Shown piece after piece: positions 30,777 through 36,677 of a stretch of DNA of 36,677 bases; within the stretch, counting starts at the first letter, position 1; every line of letters starts with the position of its first letter. This DNA comes from Stramenopiles sp. TOSAG23-2 (Eukaryota). Made by a program: the position numbers and the translations under genes. Below the pieces are notes generated by a model. The model ran no database searches. It was not told the origin of the DNA and saw nothing but the letters and a program-made list of their open reading frames with translations. The stretch lies in contig LT649335.1 of the NCBI GenBank assembly GCA_900128395.1, positions 1 to 36,677 of the forward strand. Reading direction: 5' to 3'.

Positions 30777-31319
30777 TACTTTACGTTCATCATCTGCTGG
30801 TGCTTCTTGTGGACCAGATTCTGATAGAGGATTGAAATCATCATCATTATTATCAAAATCATTATTGTTTTCAATTTTCATATTACTTTTATTTGTTTGG
30901 CGTTGTTGAGCTCCTGTTGTAGCTATACCAATACCTATTGTTGTCCAAAATAATGGAACAAATAAAGGTAAATCAGTTGGCATTTCCTGCCGTAATAAGG
31001 ATACAATTAAAGTTATGATTGCTAAAACTGTTAAAATGGCAACACATAAAATTTGAATTAATGTTCGTTGTTGCATGCTTGATGTATTTACTTGTTGCAA
31101 CTCCATCGTGCCACTACCTTGTCTAATTTCATCTAAATCTCTAATGGAATCATCTCCTTCTTCATTTTCTATTTCATCTTCAAACTCTTCATTATTAGAA
31201 ATATTATTTTCACTATTCCTATTATTATTATTATCTGCCGTATAATTTCTATATACAAAATATCCTGCTGTACCAATTGCTGCGATGGTTGCCACTGCCG
31301 TTGTTGGTCTATTTCCCAT
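29856..31319 (-). CDS. Membrane-anchored DUF1336 (EDR2 C-terminal) domain protein (487 aa)
   Basis: W...FQIRGKHYLD...KVSS, YNGKPFL, DMAFFIEGRVPEHLPESIL, three N-terminal hydrophobic segments and a poly-Asp tract from a (TCA)n repeat. Confidence 0.88.
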
Positions 31320-31537
31320 TTCGTATATTGTTGTTAAAAAATATATAAAGTTGATTCAATGTATATATATATCGTAATAAATATATAAATTTACTTTCAT
31401 ACATGTATAGACATTTGTTTTTATACACTTGCATTCTTTATTATTAATATATATATATTGAATTTTAATTTATTGTCCAATCCAAATTCACTTTAACTTC
31501 TTCTTTTTTTCCTTCTTATTATCCTGAATTACACTGG

Positions 31538-31788
31538 ATTAGAATACTAATATATCTCCTATTTCTTGAAAAATATTATTGTATATACATACTAATATCA
31601 CATTTAAAAAATAATTTCATTTATACTTAGAAATCTCGAATTCTCTGGGCAAATCAATTTTAATTTTACGCAAGTACAAAAAACATGAATTAGAATACTA
31701 ATTTATTACCTATTGATTGAAATTCATGATCGTGTATATATACTAATATCACGAATAAAATAATGTAAATTTATACTTAGAAATCTCG
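31538..31788. repeat. Diverged ~100-bp direct repeats (150-bp period) in a head-to-head intergenic region
   Basis: attagaatactaat...tactaatatcac...tttatacttagaaatctcg at 31538-31638 and 31689-31788. Confidence 0.8.
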
Positions 31789-31960
31789 CGTTAAATAATT
31801 TTTACGGTTATGGAAAAATTCACTCCTCACAATTTATTATAATATAAAAATAACTTCATTGTATAATTGGCAATGGGAGTCAATACAAATGTATTGGGAT
31901 GCAAACATATAACAGAACAATAAAAGTGGCGTACATTGACATATACTAGAATATACCACC

Positions 31961-33796
31961 ATGTCGTCGATGGATAGGGAAAATTCCTTATGGCGTTTGG
32001 TTGGATCCTTTGGATGGACGGTACAAGTACCACGTGGACAATGGGATTTTCCAAAAGCACCAAAAGAAGTGATGGAAAAAGTATTTGACGAACATCAACA
32101 TGGTGGTGCACATCCAATACAAAGAAGAAAAAATAAAAGTGCAAAACATTTTTCCCGGAACAAGAAATTGTCCACACATGCACGTGTTCGACCAAAACCA
32201 GCACCATATGAAAGAAATCGTGGCAAAGGTACATCATTAAGATGGTTACCTACATTAACAGAAGCTGATCAAAAAGATGATCGTTTTGGTCCAAATAGCT
32301 CCAATCATTTTATTAATAGTCCTGAACAAAGAGTTATTATTGGAAAACCGAGTAAAAAAGATTTAAAACAAATACCACGACCTAGAACTGCGGAACATCA
32401 TTTAAAACGAAAAAAATCATATCATTTTAAAAATAACATGCATCCTGTATATTTACATCGTGTAAAATCATTAAGTAAACATCCAGATGCATCTATGGCA
32501 ACTTTTATGGTAACACATGATTATGTCAATGAAAAAAAAGAAGAAGATAATAATAATAAAGAATCTAAAAGTAGTAATAATAATAAAAATGCAATAATAC
32601 TAACAAATGAACAAAAACAAAAACAAATAGAACAAGAACGTAAACGACAAGAAATGCATGATGATTTTGTTATGTATACACCGGAAGATATTCCATTTGA
32701 TTTAAAAAGTCCAACTTCAAAACATCATCATAAAACACAACAATATCGTCCAGTTGAAATAACTATTAATTATCCAACAAAAATAAATGAAATAACATTA
32801 TTAAAAGTAAAAGCAATGATAGAAAAAAAACATAAATTTAAACCATTATTTCCGGATGAAAGATATAATCGAAATGTAAATAAACGTGGTAAAAAACGAT
32901 TAACGGAAGAAGATGATGAATTTGTCAATACATATAAATGGAGTGGAACATTAAATGAATTATGGGCATTAGGGGAAGAAATACATACAACATATCCATC
33001 TGAATTTTTATTATCATGTGATGATTTCTACGTATTAGCACGTAGTCAAGGTTGGTGTAAAACATATGTTGGTAAACCATTGTCGAAACCAAATTTATAT
33101 AAAATTATTGAAATACATCCAACTGCTGATGCAGTTTCATCAAGACCAAGTACAGCACCATCAACAAGTCGTTCATCTATATTGCGTAAGGGGGAGGAAC
33201 AGCGAAAAATGTTCAAAAAGAAAAAAAAGAAAATAGAATATGAAAAAGAACCAATTCATGTACCATATGTATGGCCTGGTAAACAAGTAAATTCACAACA
33301 TCGTAATTTATGGGCACCAGATTTTCCAAATTCAACACGAGAACAACATGAACAAATGAGACAACCAAAAAAAGATAAAACCATGACTGGTCCTGGTTCA
33401 TTTAGATACCCAACATCAATGGAAAAACAAATTGAAACTATGAAACGAAATATGGTACATATTACATCGATGAAAACGAAAAGTAAACGTCGTACTCCAT
33501 TACAAAATTGTGCATTAGGATATATTGAAAGTCCAGGTCCGCAAGTGTACGTACCACCATCTATGATTCGTACAAATATTGGCGTACGTTTTGGTCAAGG
33601 AATGGTTGATCCATATAAATTACAACAAATGGAACGTAAATTAAAACGTAGTGATCGTAAAAATAAGAAATTATCAAAAGAAGAAATTGAATTGATTAAA
33701 TTGGAAAAAGAAATTAATCAATTGCAAAATAAAACATTTTTAATGCGACGTGGGATTAAGAAATTAGCAGGGACGAAGGAGTTGTTGTTGAGGTGA
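31961..33796 (+). CDS. Basic hypothetical protein with PGP-type (sperm-tail PG-rich/SHIPPO-like) motifs (611 aa)
   Basis: Long ORF with TGPGSFRYP and ESPGPQVYVPP motifs and a C-terminal coiled coil. Confidence 0.82.
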   Translation: MSSMDRENSLWRLVGSFGWTVQVPRGQWDFPKAPKEVMEKVFDEHQHGGAHPIQRRKNKSAKHFSRNKKLSTHARVRPKPAPYERNRGKGTSLRWLPTLTEADQKDDRFGPNSSNHFINSPEQRVIIGKPSKKDLKQIPRPRTAEHHLKRKKSYHFKNNMHPVYLHRVKSLSKHPDASMATFMVTHDYVNEKKEEDNNNKESKSSNNNKNAIILTNEQKQKQIEQERKRQEMHDDFVMYTPEDIPFDLKSPTSKHHHKTQQYRPVEITINYPTKINEITLLKVKAMIEKKHKFKPLFPDERYNRNVNKRGKKRLTEEDDEFVNTYKWSGTLNELWALGEEIHTTYPSEFLLSCDDFYVLARSQGWCKTYVGKPLSKPNLYKIIEIHPTADAVSSRPSTAPSTSRSSILRKGEEQRKMFKKKKKKIEYEKEPIHVPYVWPGKQVNSQHRNLWAPDFPNSTREQHEQMRQPKKDKTMTGPGSFRYPTSMEKQIETMKRNMVHITSMKTKSKRRTPLQNCALGYIESPGPQVYVPPSMIRTNIGVRFGQGMVDPYKLQQMERKLKRSDRKNKKLSKEEIELIKLEKEINQLQNKTFLMRRGIKKLAGTKELLLR

Positions 33797-33923
33797 GTTC
33801 AAAAGAAGAAATTGAATTGATTAAATTGGAAAAAGAAATTAATCAATTGCAAAATAAAACATTTTTAATGCGACGTGGGATTAAGAAATTAGCAGGGACG
33901 AAGGAGTTGTTGTTGAGGTGAGT
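33674..33923. repeat. Exact tandem duplication, 125-bp period, spanning the stop codon at 33796
   Basis: 33674-33798 is identical to 33799-33923. Confidence 0.97.
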
Positions 33924-34128
33924 GTGTTTGGAAGATGTGCTTGTACACACAGCGTTAATATTAAAAAATACAGCTAAAAAATACGAGTACAAAATTTTAG
34001 GCGCGGCATGATGGTGTTTATATTGTGTATATGGTCATAAACTTTACGGTATTTTAGAGCGCGTTTTTTTTTTCAAATTTAAAACAATTTTGTACGTCGT
34101 ACGTATAGTCGTACTCTTATGCATATAT

Positions 34129-34707
34129 ATATATGTGTTTTTCTCTTACTCATATGTTATATAAAATTCTTTTACTCCCGTTTATTAACATCTCAAATCA
34201 AAAATGATTTATAAATTTTAGTAAAAATTATTTAGTATTCAAAAGATTGTTCCTCTGTCTGTGATTCAGAGTTAGACGAAAGAGATACTCCTTCATAAAG
34301 TTGTAAATCACATGGTTTAATCAATCTAAATGTTTTTGTATTGTCATATATGTGTTTTTCTCTTACTCATATGTTATATAAAATTCTTTTACTCCCATTT
34401 ATTAACATCTCAAATCAAAAATGATTTATAAATTTTAGTAAAAATTATTTAGTATTCAAAAGATGTTTCCTCTGTCTGTGATTCAGAGCTAAATGAAAGA
34501 GGTCCTCCTTCATAAAGTTGTAATAAAATTCTTTTACTCCCGTTTATTAACATCTCAAATCAAAAATGATTTATAAATTTTAGTAAAAATTATTTAGTAT
34601 TCAAAAGATTGTTCCTCTGTCTGTGATTCAGAGCTAAATGAAAGAGGTCCTCCTTCATAAAGTTGTAAATCACATTCTTTAATCAATCTAAATGTTTTCT
34701 CATTGTC
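34129..34707. repeat. Three tandem copies of the 3' end and downstream DNA of the 34594-34968 gene
   Basis: Copies at ~34129-34345, 34346-34523 and 34523-34707 share ataaaattcttttactccc...ttagtattcaaaagat...cttcataaagttgtaa. Confidence 0.95.
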
Positions 34708-34968
34708 GTTATCCAATTTAACATTCAATTTTCCATCCTTACGGGAGGGCACCTCAATAACTGTCCCTCTACTTCCTTGTTTAAATGTTGCATTACCTGT
34801 TGTATAGTCCTTCGTTAATTGTATTTCGCGCCCAACAATGCTCATGACATCCTGAGTCTCTTTAATACTCAGAGAGTACATCTCAGGAGAATCATCTTCG
34901 TCAAGATCAAACGACCCAATTTTTTCTTTATTCGAATCCCAATCGAAATTATGTTCATGGTCCGACAT
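34594..34968 (-). CDS. Small acidic hypothetical protein with a probable SH3-like beta-barrel (124 aa)
   Basis: ATG at 34968. VGREIQLTKD...GSRGTVIEV...LNVKLD...IKECDLQL fits a five-strand SH3/KOW-like pattern. Confidence 0.7.
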   Translation of the reverse strand: MSDHEHNFDWDSNKEKIGSFDLDEDDSPEMYSLSIKETQDVMSIVGREIQLTKDYTTGNATFKQGSRGTVIEVPSRKDGKLNVKLDNDNEKTFRLIKECDLQLYEGGPLSFSSESQTEEQSFEY

Positions 34969-35465
34969 TTTTTTCAACTTTTATGACTATTGTTATTATT
35001 ATCGAGCACTAATTAAAACCATATACAACAGATTAAGATTGCTGTTCTATTTCTTTATTTTGTTATTACTGCTTCATTGATTCTTATATTGCCACCTCAC
35101 TCCTCACCACTCCTCTTAGTCCAATAATTTTTATTCCTAATTTAGATGTTGTATTTAAGTAGTTTCCAGTCTAAGTCGTCTTTTTTCTGAAATCTACTCC
35201 TCCAAAATTAAAATCTCCTTCCGTACAGGTATTTCATTGGAAACCGCAAGAAGTATACTACAAAAGTGGGTACATGTCAAATTTTAATTTTTGCTAATTG
35301 TGGATTAGCATGGACATAGTATATAATTACCTTAATACACACATGTCAAAAAGTGGGTTTTTGGAGCAAGCATTAAACCGAAAATATCTGATTTTCTTAC
35401 TCGTATACAAAATATAACATCGTATTTATTTCAGTTTACGTCCTAATTCGAAATTTGAAGTTACT

Positions 35466-35726
35466 ACCACATAATCTGACATTAGCATAAGCATAGCATG
35501 ATTTAAAAAAAAAAAAAAACAGTGCTCCACCACATAAACTAAACACTAGCATAAGCATAGTATGAATTATAAAAAGTGCACGTCTAAGATTGACAAGTTT
35601 TGCGCTTTTTATAATTGATGCTATGCTTATGCTAATGTTAGTCGGATGAACACTTTTTCTGATGTGATAAACAATACGCTTTTTATAATTGATGCTATGC
35701 TTATGCTAATGTTAGTCGGATGAACA
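35466..35726. repeat. Nested foldback structure: two direct units followed by two inverted units
   Basis: (t)tagcataagcatag in the units at 35466 and 35529, and its reverse complement ctatgcttatgcta in the identical 50-bp units 35603-35652 and 35677-35726. Confidence 0.85.
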
Positions 35727-35748
35727 AAAATTTTTAAAGAATTTACTT

Positions 35749-36005
35749 TAGTATGGTAATCTCTTTGGGCATTGTTTTTCTGATACGATCTGATACTAGT
35801 GCTATTACCATACTAATTTCTTTGGGCATTGTTTTTCTGAATACGATCTGATACTAGTGCTATTACCATACTAGTGCTATTACCATACTAATTACTAGTG
35901 CTATTACCATACTAATTTCTCGTATGGGCAGTGTTTTTCTGAATACGATCTGATACTAGTGCTATTACCATACTAATTTCTCGTGTGGGCATTGTTTTTC
36001 TGAAT
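35749..36005. repeat. Compound minisatellite (~58-60-bp unit with a 17-bp sub-repeat)
   Basis: gggca.tgtttttctga(a)tacgatctgatactagtgctattaccatacta occurs three times plus a partial copy. actagtgctattaccat occurs five times. Confidence 0.9.
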
Positions 36006-36677
36006 CCCGAAATAAATTTACATGCACGAAAAAATAAATTTACATGCCCGTAACTACCATACAACACCATTAGAAAAAACACATACACATAAAAAATCAT
36101 ATAAATATAGATAGATACATAGATATATATATAGAACGTAAACAAAAAAATAATTAAAAATAGAAATTCAAAGAAGAAAAATATTATAAAAGTGTTTTAA
36201 TACAACACAACAAACTAAAAAAATCTAATTTCATTTAAAAAATCCAAACTTTCATATACAAAAAGAAAATTTAGAACATCATGTCTGAAAAAACAAATAG
36301 TAAGTAGATTTAGCTCCTATTTACCTGTTATCCATTGAATTGCAAAATGTATAACTACATACACATATACCTACCTATAAATCTATTATTGCTCAACCAA
36401 ACGTCGATCGTATTGTTTATGTGGATCAAATGTAACATATATAATAGATTTTTGTGCACGAAACATCGTTAGATACGTTCGTATACATAATTGTATAATT
36501 TTATTTGTAAAATGATGTAATTTCGATAATTCAAGAAAAAATTTGTAAGCAGGGAGTACGTTGCATATAGTACTGTATCCTCTAAGCGTGAAATAGACTT
36601 ATATAAGTCTATTAAGGTGATAAAATTTTAAAAAAATATTTAGGAGGGTTCTTTTTGCTCAAATTACACAAAATAAC

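Noticed and set aside
33791-33952. AG|GTGAGT donor-like site overlapping the stop codon of the 31961 gene
   Set aside because: No convincing downstream exon. The nearest acceptor after the second copy gives a ~35-nt intron and only a few more codons.
34129-34707. Diversity-generating retroelement template/variable repeat pair
   Set aside because: The substitutions are not adenine-specific, there is no reverse transcriptase in the window, and the context is eukaryotic.
35603-36005. CRISPR-like array
   Set aside because: No unique spacers of regular length and no cas genes. The units are contiguous tandem repeats.
36281-36305. ATG followed by a GTAAGT donor-like site (possible short first exon)
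   Set aside because: No credible second exon within the window.

Overview
A very AT-rich, gene-dense eukaryotic window. The long ORFs are apparently intronless, with poly-Asn/Gln/Asp tracts and IQ/EF-hand/PG-repeat proteins of ciliary type. This fits a flagellated protist, possibly a stramenopile, but the taxon cannot be established from this window. Recognisable genes are a mu-class-like glutathione S-transferase, COQ8/ABC1 kinase, a choline-kinase/APH-fold kinase, a DUF1336 (EDR2 C-terminal) protein, IQ/EF-hand coiled-coil proteins and a large secreted beta-helix/Cys-repeat protein. Main points of interest: (1) a small, GC-elevated, stand-alone gene at 28787-29137 whose C-terminal 60 aa match the lactococcin 972 (lipid II-binding bacteriocin) family, a candidate horizontally acquired antibacterial effector; (2) a mosaic 3' end of the kinase gene, with an exact 80-bp inverted copy of COQ8 coding DNA from ~6.6 kb away, a diverged 73-bp duplication and an out-of-frame WW domain that a single splice would re-fuse; (3) about 10 short (50-220 bp) tandem duplications, four of them repeating gene 3' ends; (4) a MITE-like element and a foldback/minisatellite block. 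All family assignments come from motif recognition by eye; no database search was run.
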